Made by a program: the position numbers and the translations under genes. A DNA stretch of 64,000 nucleotides from an uncultured Candidatus Saccharibacteria bacterium (lineage in GTDB: Bacteria; Patescibacteriota; Minisyncoccia; Phycocordibacterales; UBA6899): the NCBI GenBank assembly GCA_964515375.1, contig CAZERF010000004.1:22012-86011 (forward strand). Reading direction: 5' to 3'. Position 1 is the first letter of the stretch, and the number at the start of each line of letters is the position of its first letter. The notes under the pieces were generated by a model that was not told the DNA's origin, searched no databases, and worked only from the letters and a program-made list of their open reading frames with translations. This document shows, in pieces, positions 28,391 to 37,701 of this stretch.

Positions 28391-30586
28391 ATGACATTAC
28401 GCGAACTTTTGCGTTTCACCATACTCGCATGTGTGTTTGTGACGCCTTTTATCGGCCTTATCGTTGCGGAAAGCATGTTCTTTCCCTTTATTACCGGAAA
28501 GAATTTCACCTTCCGCATCCTCGTTGAAGTGATGCTTGGCGCGTGGGCGCTCCTCATGCTGCTCGATAGCACCTATCGTCCCAAGTTCTCATGGGTCCTT
28601 GCCGCCGCGGGAACATTTCTCGCGGTCATTGCGGTCGCGGACTTCACGGGTGTGAACCCATACAAGAGTTTTTGGTCCAACTACGAGCGCATGGAAGGAC
28701 TCATTACCCTCGCGCATCTTTTCCTCTATTTCATCATTGCCGGGACGGTAGTACGCGCGGAGGAGGTGTGGAAGTGGCTCTGGCGCACATCGCTCGCGGT
28801 GTCTTTCTATGTCGCGGGGTATGCCTTCTCGCAGAAGTTCGGCGATACCGCCATCCATCAGAGTGCGACACGTCTCGACGCGACCTTTGGCAATGCGGCC
28901 TATCTCGGTATCTACGCGCTCTTCCATTTCTTCCTCGCGGTATTTCTTTATGCGCGCTCCAAGAGAGAAAGTGGACTCCATTTCATCTATCCGATCATTG
29001 CCGGAGCGAACCTCTTCACGCTCTACTTTACACAGACGCGCGGTTCGATGCTCGGTCTTCTTGGCGGAATGTTTCTGGTCGCCCTCCTCGTCGCGGTCTT
29101 TGAGCGCGAGCGCCCCTCTTTGCGCAAGTGGGCGATAGGGGGGATCGTCGGGGTGGTCGCCCTTGTCGGACTCTTCATTACATTTAAGGACACGAGTTTC
29201 ATTCAGTCGAGCGAGACCTTGCGTCGTATGGCGTCGATCTCGCTTTCCGACACGACGACCAAGTCGCGCTTCATGGTTTGGGAGATGTCGTGGGAAGGAT
29301 TCAAGGAACGCCCGATCCTCGGCTGGGGACAGGAGAACTTCCTCTATGTCTTCGCCAAGCACTACAACCCGGGCATGTATGCGCAAGAGCCGTGGTTCGA
29401 TCGTTCGCACAACGTCTTTCTTGATTGGATGATCGCGGGAGGTATCCTTGGTATCCTTTCGTATCTCTCCATGTTCGCGGCACTTCTGTACTATCTTTGG
29501 TTCACGAAGCGTCACGGTTTCTCGGTGCTTGAGAAAAGTCTCTTGACCGGAATGCTTGGCGGATACTTCATTCACAACATTTTTGTCTTCGACAATCTGA
29601 CGAGTTACATCGTCTTCTTCACGATCTTGGCCTACGTCCACGCACACGTGAGTGCGACGAGCGAATCGGAGGCGAAGGAGGCGCGCAAGAAGAAGGGCGA
29701 AGAACTCGAGACGGGAGATATCGCGGTAGCATCTGTCGTCATTGTTGCCCTTACTATTGCGATGGTCTACTTCGTGAATATTCGCAATATCAACGCAAAC
29801 CTCGCGCTCATCAGCGCCATTCGTCCCGAGACGGTCTTGGTAGACGACGGAAGAGGGGGCAAGCGTATCGCAATGGAGGACGTGCTTGCGCTCGGACTTT
29901 TCGGAAGCGACGAAGCGCGTGAGCAGCTTGTGCAATTCGCGGTGCAAACGCTTGACCCCCGTATCCCCGTTGAGATCCGTCAGCAGTTCTACGATCTGAC
30001 GGCGCGCGAGTTCGACGCGGAGATGGTGAGCGACCCCCTAAATGTTCGCACGCTTTCATTCGCGGCATCCTTCTATGCGCGTTTTGGTCAATACGATCGA
30101 GCGCTCCCGCTCTTTGAGAAGGCGATCGAACTTTCCCCCGGTCGTCAGTCGACGTATCTTGATCTCGCGATGATGCTCGTGTCGCTTCAGCGTTTTGCGG
30201 AGGCACAAGAGATCGCCAAGACCGCGTACGAGCTCGAAAAAGCGAACACACAAGCGGGCATCACCTATGTGATGACGCTCATCTACAACAATCAGACCGA
30301 CTTGGCCTATACCATCGCAAGCGAGATCGGTGACGCGGGTTATGACACGCGCATCGTGAATGCGTACGGAAACACCGGCAACTACAACAAGGTCGTGCAG
30401 CTGGTGAACGAAAAGGTCGCGCGCGGTCTCGCGACGGGACGTGACCACTTCTCGCTCGCGGGAGCACTCTATTCGCTCGACAACAAAGAAGAGGCGTTGC
30501 TTGCGCTCGATCGCGCGGTTGCGCTCGACACGTCACTTTCCGCCGAAGCCGAGAACTTGAAAAAGCAGATCGAAGGAGCAAAGTAA
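28391..30586 (+). CDS. O-antigen ligase / Wzy_C-like membrane protein with C-terminal TPR repeats
   Basis: Multi-TM N-terminal half containing 'TQTRGSMLGLLGG' (Wzy_C-type loop). The C-terminal ~250 aa are helical TPR-like repeats. Confidence 0.7.
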   Translation: MTLRELLRFTILACVFVTPFIGLIVAESMFFPFITGKNFTFRILVEVMLGAWALLMLLDSTYRPKFSWVLAAAGTFLAVIAVADFTGVNPYKSFWSNYERMEGLITLAHLFLYFIIAGTVVRAEEVWKWLWRTSLAVSFYVAGYAFSQKFGDTAIHQSATRLDATFGNAAYLGIYALFHFFLAVFLYARSKRESGLHFIYPIIAGANLFTLYFTQTRGSMLGLLGGMFLVALLVAVFERERPSLRKWAIGGIVGVVALVGLFITFKDTSFIQSSETLRRMASISLSDTTTKSRFMVWEMSWEGFKERPILGWGQENFLYVFAKHYNPGMYAQEPWFDRSHNVFLDWMIAGGILGILSYLSMFAALLYYLWFTKRHGFSVLEKSLLTGMLGGYFIHNIFVFDNLTSYIVFFTILAYVHAHVSATSESEAKEARKKKGEELETGDIAVASVVIVALTIAMVYFVNIRNINANLALISAIRPETVLVDDGRGGKRIAMEDVLALGLFGSDEAREQLVQFAVQTLDPRIPVEIRQQFYDLTAREFDAEMVSDPLNVRTLSFAASFYARFGQYDRALPLFEKAIELSPGRQSTYLDLAMMLVSLQRFAEAQEIAKTAYELEKANTQAGITYVMTLIYNNQTDLAYTIASEIGDAGYDTRIVNAYGNTGNYNKVVQLVNEKVARGLATGRDHFSLAGALYSLDNKEEALLALDRAVALDTSLSAEAENLKKQIEGAK

Positions 30587-30668
30587 CGCCCTATTGATCG
30601 AAACAGAAAAAGAACGCCCCAAGAAAGCGAGGGGTGTTCTTTTTTGTTTTCGCGCATACAATGATGGA

Positions 30669-31703
30669 ATGATGATCGAAGAGCATGTTCCACTTGCGCC
30701 CCTCACGACATTTCGCATCGGTGGTGCTGCGCGTTACTTTGCTCGAGTGCATAATGCCTCGGAATTGCGCGAAGCATTCGCGTTCGCGCGCCAACGCGGA
30801 CTCCCTACTTTTGTGCTCGGTGCGGGGTCCAATGTTCTTGTCGCTGATCAGGGATTTCCGGGGCTAGTGCTTCATGTTGAGGATGCGACGATCGAATTCG
30901 AGGAAGTTGACTCAATGCGGGTACGTGTTGCCGCGGGTGCGGGGTGCGACTGGGATATGCTCGTTGCCGAGACGGTCGCACGCGGATATGCGGGATTTGA
31001 GAATCTTTCCGGCATACCAAGTTCGGTCGGCGCCACCCCCGTGCAAAACATCGGTGCGTATGGTTGCGAGGTGGGAAACACGATTGAGTGGGTCGAGGTC
31101 TATGACCCCAAGCGTGATACCGTGCGAAGACTCGGGGGCGCGGAGTGCGCCTTCGGATATCGCGACAGTATATTCAAGAAGTCGGAAGGCGCGCATTTCG
31201 TCGTTCTCCGTGTCGCATATCTCCTTCGTCGTACGGGCAAGCCGGACATTGCGTATAAGGATATTGCGGAGTACGCGCGCACGGTTGCGCCGATCGTGAC
31301 GACGCAGGATATGCGCGACGCGGTGCTTTCTGTTCGCGCAAAAAAATTCCCGACGCAGGAAGAAGCGGGAACCGCGGGCTCTTTTTTTATGAATCCGATC
31401 GTGCCGATCCCTCTTGCGAATGACATCGGTTCGCGTTTCCCCGACATGCCCATGTACGACGCGGGGGAGGGAATGAAGAAACTTTCCGCGGCGTGGATCA
31501 TCGATCGTGTGCTTTCTTTGCGTGGAGTGCGTGAGGGTGACGTGGGGACGTGGCCCGCGCAGGCGCTCATCGTGGTGAACTATGGCAATGCGTCCGCGCA
31601 CGATGTACGCGCGTTCACCGATATGATCGTCACACGTGCACAACAAGAGCTCGGCATCACACTTACGCGCGAAGTGATCAATATTGGTGACGAGAAAAAA
31701 TGA
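30669..31703 (+). CDS. murB: UDP-N-acetylenolpyruvoylglucosamine reductase MurB
   Basis: 'LAPLTTFRIGGAARYF', 'TFVLGAGSNVLVAD'. Confidence 0.85.
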   Translation: MMIEEHVPLAPLTTFRIGGAARYFARVHNASELREAFAFARQRGLPTFVLGAGSNVLVADQGFPGLVLHVEDATIEFEEVDSMRVRVAAGAGCDWDMLVAETVARGYAGFENLSGIPSSVGATPVQNIGAYGCEVGNTIEWVEVYDPKRDTVRRLGGAECAFGYRDSIFKKSEGAHFVVLRVAYLLRRTGKPDIAYKDIAEYARTVAPIVTTQDMRDAVLSVRAKKFPTQEEAGTAGSFFMNPIVPIPLANDIGSRFPDMPMYDAGEGMKKLSAAWIIDRVLSLRGVREGDVGTWPAQALIVVNYGNASAHDVRAFTDMIVTRAQQELGITLTREVINIGDEKK

Positions 31704-31720
31704 TATGCGTTTGTGTGTGA

Positions 31721-31830
31721 TGTGTAAAAAAATTTCTTTCACAAAAAATTTCTTGCATCATAAAAAAATTTTTACAAAATATTTTTTCAAAAAATATTTT
31801 TTTTTAAAAAATAAAAAAGTTATCCACATC
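31721..31830. other. phased A-tract region (AAAAAATTTCTT-type repeats), predicted intrinsically bent upstream DNA
   Basis: Repeated 'aaaaaatttctt/ttt' units at ~10-11-bp spacing in a 290-bp AT-rich gap. Confidence 0.5.
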
Positions 31831-31993
31831 TTTTTTTAAAAATGAGTTGAGTGTGTGATGAATGAGAGAGATAATAGTAGTAGGAGTGTTCATTGTTTGA
31901 ATTTGAAATTCTTTCTCGAGGAACACTCGTATCAACATTGAGATGCTTTCAGGTCGAAGCATACTATTATCAGCCGCTAATCTTTCACTACTA

Positions 31994-32107
31994 TGGTGGT
32001 AAAGAAGAAGGCAGCAAAGAAGGCAGTCAAGAAGGTTGCCAAGAAGGCTGCACCGAAGAAGAAGGTGGCGAAGAAGGTAGCCAAGAAGAAGGTTGCCAAG
32101 AAGAAGT
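31994..32107 (+). CDS. lysine/alanine-rich histone-H1-like small basic protein (37 aa)
   Basis: Read by eye in a frame the ORF track does not report: MVVKKKAAKKAVKKVAKKAAPKKKVAKKVAKKKVAKKK. A candidate promoter TTGAGA-17-ATACTAT lies upstream and a strong terminator lies downstream. Confidence 0.5.
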
Positions 32108-32130
32108 AACATTCTTTCTTCCACAAAATA

Positions 32131-32160
32131 AAAACCCCGCGTTTGCGGGGTTTTTATTTT
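32131..32160 (+). terminator. rho-independent terminator
   Basis: 'aaaaaccccgcgtttgcggggtttttatttt'. Confidence 0.8.
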
Positions 32161-32349
32161 GTGCATTTTCTTTCATTTTTGAACTATGATGGAGCATGAA
32201 CCTCGCTTGTGGTGTGATAGCGATATGTGTTGGATAATTCCCCCCGTCTGCGTTATAGTAGTGTCACGTTGCGGAAACCGCTTTTGTCCCGATTTATCAG
32301 TCCGTTCGGAGCGAACAAAGGACCGCATCATAACGAAACAAGGAATACT

Positions 32350-34836
32350 ATGGAATTACTCAAGAAATGGTTCGGGAGCGACGAAGAGCGCGAGGTCAAA
32401 AAACTCCTTCCGCTCGTCGCGAAGGTCAATAGTTTCAGTGAGGAGTATGCCGCGCTTGCGGACGACGCCCTTGCCGCAAAGACACTCGAGTTTCGCGAGC
32501 GGCTCACAAAAGGGGAGACACTCGATGATCTCCTTCCGGAAGCGTTTTCCGCTGTGCGCGAAGCGGCACGTCGTACTCTCGGACAGTATCACTACGACGA
32601 ACAGATCATCGGTGGTATCATCTTGCATCGCGGCATGATTCCCGAGATGAAGACGGGAGAAGGGAAGACGTTGGTCGCGACGCTCCCGACGTATCTGAAC
32701 GCGCTCTCGGGAAAGGGTGTGCATGTCGTCACGGTGAACGATTATCTCTCACGACGCGATGCGGTGTGGATGGGGCAGATCCATTCTTTCTTGGGACTCT
32801 CGGTTGCGGTCATCAATCACGAATCATCATACCTCTACGATCCGACACAGCGCGCGCTTGATGAAGAGCGCGATGAGACGGGCTCCTTCCGCGTCTTTTA
32901 TGAGTTCCTTCGTCCGTGCACTCGACGCGAGGCGTACCATGCCGACATTACGTATGGAACCAACAACGAGTTCGGATTTGATTATCTTCGCGACAACATT
33001 TCCTACGACGCGCGCGATTTACGCCAGCGTGAGTTCAATTATGCGATCGTTGACGAGATCGATTCGATCTTGATCGACGAAGCGCGCACGCCGCTCATTA
33101 TTTCCGCTCCGGCGCGGGAGTCCGAGTCGCTCTACGCTACCTTTGCCACGATCGCATCGAAGTTGAATGAAACGGAAGACTATACGATCGACGAAAAATT
33201 GAAGGCGGTCCAGGTCACCGATGCCGGTATCACCAAGGCCGAACAGCTCTTGGGTATCGACAACATCTATACCGAGAAAGGGGTCAAGTATGTGCATCAT
33301 CTTGAGACCGCGGTGCGCGCGAAGGCGCTCTTCGTGCGTGATCGTGAGTATGTCGTGCGGGACGACGAGGTGGTGATCGTCGACGAGTTCACCGGACGTC
33401 TCCAGCCGGGGCGACGCTGGTCGGAGGGCCTGCATCAGGCGATCGAAGCCAAGGAGGGAGTGCGCGTCCAACAGGAGTCTCGTACAATGGCGTCCGTCAC
33501 TTTCCAGAACTACTTCAAGCTCTATGCAAAGCTTTCGGGGATGACGGGGACCGCGGCGACTTCTTCGGAGGAGTTCTTCAAGATCTACGGTCTTGAGGTG
33601 CTCCCCGTTCCGCCTCATCGTCCCTCCGCCCGCCTCGACAAGAATGATCTTATTTTTCAGACCGAGAAAGGCAAGTTCACCGCGATCGCGCGTCGTGTGA
33701 AGGAGGCGCACCAGAAGGGGCAGCCGGTCTTGATCGGTACGGTCTCGATCGAGAAGAACGAACTCCTCTCCGCCTTCCTCGAGCGCGAAGGTGTTCCGCA
33801 TGAAGTATTGAACGCCAAGAACCACGAACGCGAAGGAGAGATCATCGCGCAATCCGGACGCAAGGGCTCCGTGGTCATCGCGACCAACATGGCCGGTCGT
33901 GGTGTCGACATCAAACTGGGAGGCAATCCTTCTACTCCCGAAGTATATGAGGAAGTGAAGGCACTCGGAGGACTCTTGGTCATCGGAACGGAACGTCACG
34001 ATGCGCGTCGTATTGACAATCAGCTCCGCGGACGCGCGGGACGTCAGGGTGATCCCGGTGAGACACAGTTCTTTGTATCGCTCGAGGATTCGCTCATGCG
34101 CATCTTTGCATCCGATGCGATCAAGACGATGATGGGACGCTTTGGTATCCCGGAAGATGAGCCGATCGAGAACCGCATGATCACCAAGTCTCTTGAGACC
34201 GCGCAGGAAAAGATCGAAGGATTCAATTTTGACGCCCGCAAGCACGTGCTCCAGTATGACAATGTCATCAACCTTCATCGCCAGACGATGTATGCGCGTC
34301 GCCGCAAACTCTTGCTCGGTGCGACACCGGAGGTGAGAGAATACCTCGAGACTATCGCGGGTGAGGTGTCCGAAGGCGGGGAAGAGGCACTGCGTATTGC
34401 TGCCGTGCGTGCTTCCGAGATCGGCGAAGAGGGATTCTACGACATCGTGCGTCGCTTGGCACTTCAGACCAACGATATGTTTTGGGTCGACCATCTCGAG
34501 CTTATGGATTACGCGCGTTCGTCGGTAAATCTTCGTGCGTACGGACAGCGAGAACCGCTTGTTGAATACAAGCGCGAGGCACTTCGTCTCTACAAAGAAA
34601 TGGAAGAAGGGATCCGCGCACAGATCGTCGAAATGATCCCGCGTATCGAGATCACGGCCGCCGCTCCGCAAACGATCGAGCTCAAACGTGTCGAATCGCA
34701 AATGACGCTTGCCGGAGGATCAAATACGACCGGCGAAACTCCCGCTCCTGCAGTGAAGGATCCCCACGAGGTCGGGCGCAACGATCCGTGTTGGTGTGGG
34801 TCGGGCAAGAAATTCAAGAAGTGTCACGGCGCGTGA
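32350..34836 (+). CDS. secA: preprotein translocase ATPase SecA
   Basis: 'MELLKKWFGS', the Walker A region 'MKTGEGKT', DEAD-like motifs and a C-terminal zinc motif 'CWCGSGKKFKKCHG'. Confidence 0.95.
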   Translation: MELLKKWFGSDEEREVKKLLPLVAKVNSFSEEYAALADDALAAKTLEFRERLTKGETLDDLLPEAFSAVREAARRTLGQYHYDEQIIGGIILHRGMIPEMKTGEGKTLVATLPTYLNALSGKGVHVVTVNDYLSRRDAVWMGQIHSFLGLSVAVINHESSYLYDPTQRALDEERDETGSFRVFYEFLRPCTRREAYHADITYGTNNEFGFDYLRDNISYDARDLRQREFNYAIVDEIDSILIDEARTPLIISAPARESESLYATFATIASKLNETEDYTIDEKLKAVQVTDAGITKAEQLLGIDNIYTEKGVKYVHHLETAVRAKALFVRDREYVVRDDEVVIVDEFTGRLQPGRRWSEGLHQAIEAKEGVRVQQESRTMASVTFQNYFKLYAKLSGMTGTAATSSEEFFKIYGLEVLPVPPHRPSARLDKNDLIFQTEKGKFTAIARRVKEAHQKGQPVLIGTVSIEKNELLSAFLEREGVPHEVLNAKNHEREGEIIAQSGRKGSVVIATNMAGRGVDIKLGGNPSTPEVYEEVKALGGLLVIGTERHDARRIDNQLRGRAGRQGDPGETQFFVSLEDSLMRIFASDAIKTMMGRFGIPEDEPIENRMITKSLETAQEKIEGFNFDARKHVLQYDNVINLHRQTMYARRRKLLLGATPEVREYLETIAGEVSEGGEEALRIAAVRASEIGEEGFYDIVRRLALQTNDMFWVDHLELMDYARSSVNLRAYGQREPLVEYKREALRLYKEMEEGIRAQIVEMIPRIEITAAAPQTIELKRVESQMTLAGGSNTTGETPAPAVKDPHEVGRNDPCWCGSGKKFKKCHGA

Positions 34837-34942
34837 GTGTCGGAAGTGACTGATGTGTGGTCGTTCGATGTCGCGCACGCTCTCTTTCTGTGGATAGGGC
34901 ACGCCTCCACAATTCGCGCAATACATGAGAAAATAGAGGTCT

Positions 34943-35149
34943 ATGGAAACAGGTGATTTTTGGTCTCAATTCTGGCCTCAGTTTTGGGGTGGTGTCGCAT
35001 CGGGGCTTTTTTTGGCTTTCCTGACCGCGCTCTTTGCGTACGTGACACGTTTGCACATCGCGCGCTTTGTGTTGCGTTTGTTTGAACATTCGATGCGCAC
35101 GGTTCGCGAAGTGGAACACGTCGTGACCTCTCACAAAAACCCCCTATGA
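34943..35149 (+). CDS. small hypothetical membrane protein
   Basis: One TM helix, Trp-rich N-terminus. Confidence 0.3.
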   Translation: METGDFWSQFWPQFWGGVASGLFLAFLTALFAYVTRLHIARFVLRLFEHSMRTVREVEHVVTSHKNPL

Positions 35150-35604
35150 ACAAAGAGGACAACGAAACAAGTGCGAAGGAGGATCACCTTCACGATCAAG
35201 ACTCGGGTCTTGTTGCCGAGGTGAGAAAGGACGGGGTTGTCTTTCTTTCTGTTGCCGGGAAATTCGGTCATGATGAACTTTTTTCTGTTATTGCGTGGAC
35301 CGAGAAAGTGAAACGTATCTTGCGCGAGGAGTCCGCAAAGCATGAAGGTGAGATCCCGCTCTTGTGTGACCTTGCGGGACTCCGTTTCTTTGACCGTTCG
35401 ATGATCGCCCCTTTACGGGAACTTCTCGCCTATGATGCGCAATTTCGCTTGCGAAGTGCGATCTCGGGATGTTCGCCCATTGTTGACGCCATGATCCGTG
35501 CTCTGCTTTCCATCACCAAGCGTACCAACGTGAGACTTTTTGCGACCGAAAAGGAAGCGCTTGCATGGCTTTCTGGTAAAGAGGAACGCGGTCGAATCAA
35601 CTGA
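35146..35604 (+). CDS. hypothetical protein, possibly STAS-like
   Basis: Size and a loose SpoIIAA-like pattern only. Confidence 0.35.
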   Translation: MNKEDNETSAKEDHLHDQDSGLVAEVRKDGVVFLSVAGKFGHDELFSVIAWTEKVKRILREESAKHEGEIPLLCDLAGLRFFDRSMIAPLRELLAYDAQFRLRSAISGCSPIVDAMIRALLSITKRTNVRLFATEKEALAWLSGKEERGRIN

Positions 35605-35618
35605 GTTGCACCTCATTT

Positions 35619-36422
35619 GTGCGAGGGTACAATGAAAGAATGGATCCCCGCGCAATCCCCATCCCCGACATGACACTCCTTCGTGTGAAGCGGCGTGGCG
35701 CGCGTGAGCACCCTGTCGATATTTCCGCTTCTGAGAATTTTGAGCGGGCCGTCGATGTTCGCACGGTTGGTATCGCCGGAGAGAATTATTACCACCGTGA
35801 GTCGGGGAATCCTCCTTATGAACATCGCGCACCTTGTTCGATTCCTGAGCTCTATGTGCGAGAGGGATTGGTTGAGCGTCTCCTTCATGCGAACGAACTC
35901 CTTGCTTCTTATGGATACGAGGTCTTTCTTTTTGACGCGTATCGTCCCGTTGAAGTACAGAATTATTTTTTTGACGAATGGGTTCCTTCGACCTTGCGCG
36001 CGGAGCATCCCGATTGGACGGAAGAAGAGATCGATCGTGAGCGTCGCCGATATTGGGCAAAGGGTGCCCCCTCTTCGAATGAGGTTGACCCGCTTTCACC
36101 TCCTCCGCATGCGACCGGGGGAGTCCTCGACCTCTCACTCCGTTTTCTCGAAACCGAAGAACTCCTTTTTATGGGCTCACCCTTTGATGCGATCGATGAA
36201 TCTTCGTACGCGGATCATTTCGAACGCATCGCCATGGCGCGCACCCTTTTGGCGAGCGAAGAAGAAGCATTGCGCAACCGCCGACTCCTCTATTGGACGA
36301 TGCGTGAAGCGGGCCTCGTGGCAAACCCGAATGAATGGTGGCACTACGGATACGGCGATCAGCTCTCGTCGATCCTCTCGGGTGTGGAGAGCGCTGTGTA
36401 TTCAAAAATGGATATTATATAA
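35619..36422 (+). CDS. D-alanyl-D-alanine dipeptidase family (VanX/DdpX-like, peptidase M15D)
   Basis: 'FLFDAYRPVEVQ' and 'NEWWHYGYGD' match the DdpX 'YDAYRP'/'EWWHF' signatures. Confidence 0.7.
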   Translation: MRGYNERMDPRAIPIPDMTLLRVKRRGAREHPVDISASENFERAVDVRTVGIAGENYYHRESGNPPYEHRAPCSIPELYVREGLVERLLHANELLASYGYEVFLFDAYRPVEVQNYFFDEWVPSTLRAEHPDWTEEEIDRERRRYWAKGAPSSNEVDPLSPPPHATGGVLDLSLRFLETEELLFMGSPFDAIDESSYADHFERIAMARTLLASEEEALRNRRLLYWTMREAGLVANPNEWWHYGYGDQLSSILSGVESAVYSKMDII

Positions 36423-36457
36423 TAGAAGTATTATCAGAAAACTCATTCATCATTCAT

Positions 36458-36523
36458 ATGGCAAAAGGAAGCGACAAGCAGAAGAAGGAAGCAAAGAAGC
36501 CCAAGAAGGCGGCAAAGAAGTAA
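36458..36523 (+). CDS. tiny lysine-rich peptide (21 aa)
   Basis: MAKGSDKQKKEAKKPKKAAKK, followed by the hairpin 'gaacggcaccccgccgttc'. No SD. Confidence 0.25.
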   Translation: MAKGSDKQKKEAKKPKKAAKK

Positions 36524-36584
36524 CGCGCAAGAAGAACGGCACCCCGCCGTTCTTTCTTTTTTGCGTCATGATACACTTGAGAGA

Positions 36585-36980
36585 ATGACCGATGAAGAAT
36601 TTGAAGCGTATGTTGCCGAAGGGATCGACGCGATACCGGAACGTTTCTTGTCTCGTCTCAAAAATGTCGCGATCGTGACCGCTGACCGTCCGACCGACAC
36701 ACAACGCGACGCGCACGACCTCGGTCCCGGGGACACATTGCTCGGACTCTACGAAGGAGTACCCCTCACGGCACGGGGAGACTATTACGGAGTGGGAGAG
36801 TTCCTTCCCGACAAGATCACGATCTTTAAGGAGCCGATCTTGGATGAAGCGGAAGGGGATAGAGAAGCAGTGCGACGTATCGTGCGTGAGACGGTGTGGC
36901 ACGAGGTCGCGCATTATTTCGGCTATGACGATCCGTCGATCGAAGAGCGGGAAGATGAGGGGAAGAATTTTTCTGTTTGA
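36585..36980 (+). CDS. zincin-like metallopeptidase family protein (DUF1025-like)
   Basis: 'MTDEEFEAYVAEGIDAIPERFLSRLKNVAIVTADRP' plus a C-terminal HExxH 'HEVAHYFG'. Confidence 0.65.
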   Translation: MTDEEFEAYVAEGIDAIPERFLSRLKNVAIVTADRPTDTQRDAHDLGPGDTLLGLYEGVPLTARGDYYGVGEFLPDKITIFKEPILDEAEGDREAVRRIVRETVWHEVAHYFGYDDPSIEEREDEGKNFSV

Positions 36981-37033
36981 CATTCGTTATTGCTCACACA
37001 AATGAAAACCCCGCGACGCATTGTGCGTGGCGG

Positions 37034-37340
37034 GGCAGGCCGAAAGAAGAGAATGAGGTCGTACACTACGGCCAGTGCATGGAGGGGTCCTCCTGGCGTT
37101 GACATTTTGTTGGCGGTGGTTGCCGGCGGGGTCCACGCTGACCCCGCCGGCAGTTCGGCGCCGATCAGGCGCCGTGGTGCGCGCGCCGGGGGCGGATCAA
37201 ACGGCAGGGCCGTTTCCGTGCCCGGAGCGCGATCGGTGCAGTGTGTTTCCTTCAGTGGGCGGGGCAGGCATCGTTGCCTTCCGTCCGTGCCGGCGGCCGC
37301 GTATCAATTTTTCTCTTGTTGGCTGAATTTCTTCATCCTC
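37034..37340. other. ~70%-GC structured non-coding block (possible ncRNA, class unassigned)
   Basis: No credible ORF on either strand. Multiple perfect hairpins (gccggcggggtc-cacgct-gaccccgccggc; ggcgcc-gatca-ggcgcc; aacggc-agg-gccgtt). Hairpin 37003-37033 is followed by TTTT on the minus strand. The motif 'ggcggggcaggc' occurs at both ends. Confidence 0.3.
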
Positions 37341-37358
37341 TTCTCCTTGTAAAGGTTC

Positions 37359-37388
37359 AAAAAAGTCGGAAGGGGCGCCCCTTCCGAC
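37359..37388 (-). terminator. rho-independent terminator (minus strand)
   Basis: On the minus strand: GUCGGAAGGGGCGCCCCUUCCGAC followed by UUUUUU. Confidence 0.75.
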
Positions 37389-37497
37389 AAGAAGGCGCCA
37401 ACATGCGCGAGGGCAAGAAATTCTTGCCGAGAGGGAGCGGTGCCTTTCCTAAAGAATAGGTCAGGCGACCCTCATGCGAGGCACAAGCGACTTCTAG
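37365..37497 (-). ncRNA. candidate small RNA (~130 nt) bounded by a sigma70 promoter and an intrinsic terminator; class unknown
   Basis: Promoter TTGACA-16-TAAACT upstream and terminator downstream on the minus strand. No ORF. Internal perfect hairpin GGCAAGAAUUUCUUGCC. Confidence 0.35.
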
Positions 37498-37501
37498 AGA
37501 C

Positions 37502-37529
37502 AGTTTAGCATATTCATAAATATTGTCAA
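37502..37529 (-). promoter_or_regulatory. sigma70-type promoter (minus strand) TTGACA-16-TAAACT
   Basis: rc of 37524-37529 is TTGACA; rc of 37502-37507 is TAAACT. Confidence 0.55.
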
Positions 37530-37701
37530 GTATTTTTTGCGTGGCGTGGGGATAGTGTTAAAAATCTTCATAGAGAGTCATATTTCCTCAGATTTCTCGA
37601 TGAGTGAGGGGTAAACTGTCGGTATTGCCCTTGCCTCGAGGTACACCTTCTTCCTTGTTTGCCTATCGACGCTCGCCCGTCTTTTGCGGTATAACGGTGG
37701 T

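Noticed and set aside
31822-31830. Perfect DnaA box TTATCCACA (and a second at 38883-38891) in an AT-rich gap, considered as a possible oriC
   Set aside because: Only single isolated boxes; there is no dnaA/dnaN neighbourhood and no clustered boxes or DUE. Two 9-mer matches in 64 kb are within chance expectation.
31893-32189. 98-aa ORF 'GGKEEGSKEGSQEG...' from the six-frame track
   Set aside because: Wrong frame across a lysine-codon repeat. The +1 frame gives a coherent KKAAKK H1-like peptide ending at a terminator. The antisense ORF 31804-32166 is likewise spurious.
36335-36523. 62-aa ORF including the K-rich tail
   Set aside because: Its 5' part overlaps the VanX-like gene out of frame. 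Only the last 21 codons, from the internal ATG, look gene-like, and even that is low confidence.
36990-37352. 120-aa and 83-aa plus-strand ORFs in the GC-rich intergenic block
   Set aside because: Arg/Gly/Ala-rich junk composition, no SD, and the region is dominated by perfect RNA-type hairpins. It is interpreted as non-coding.
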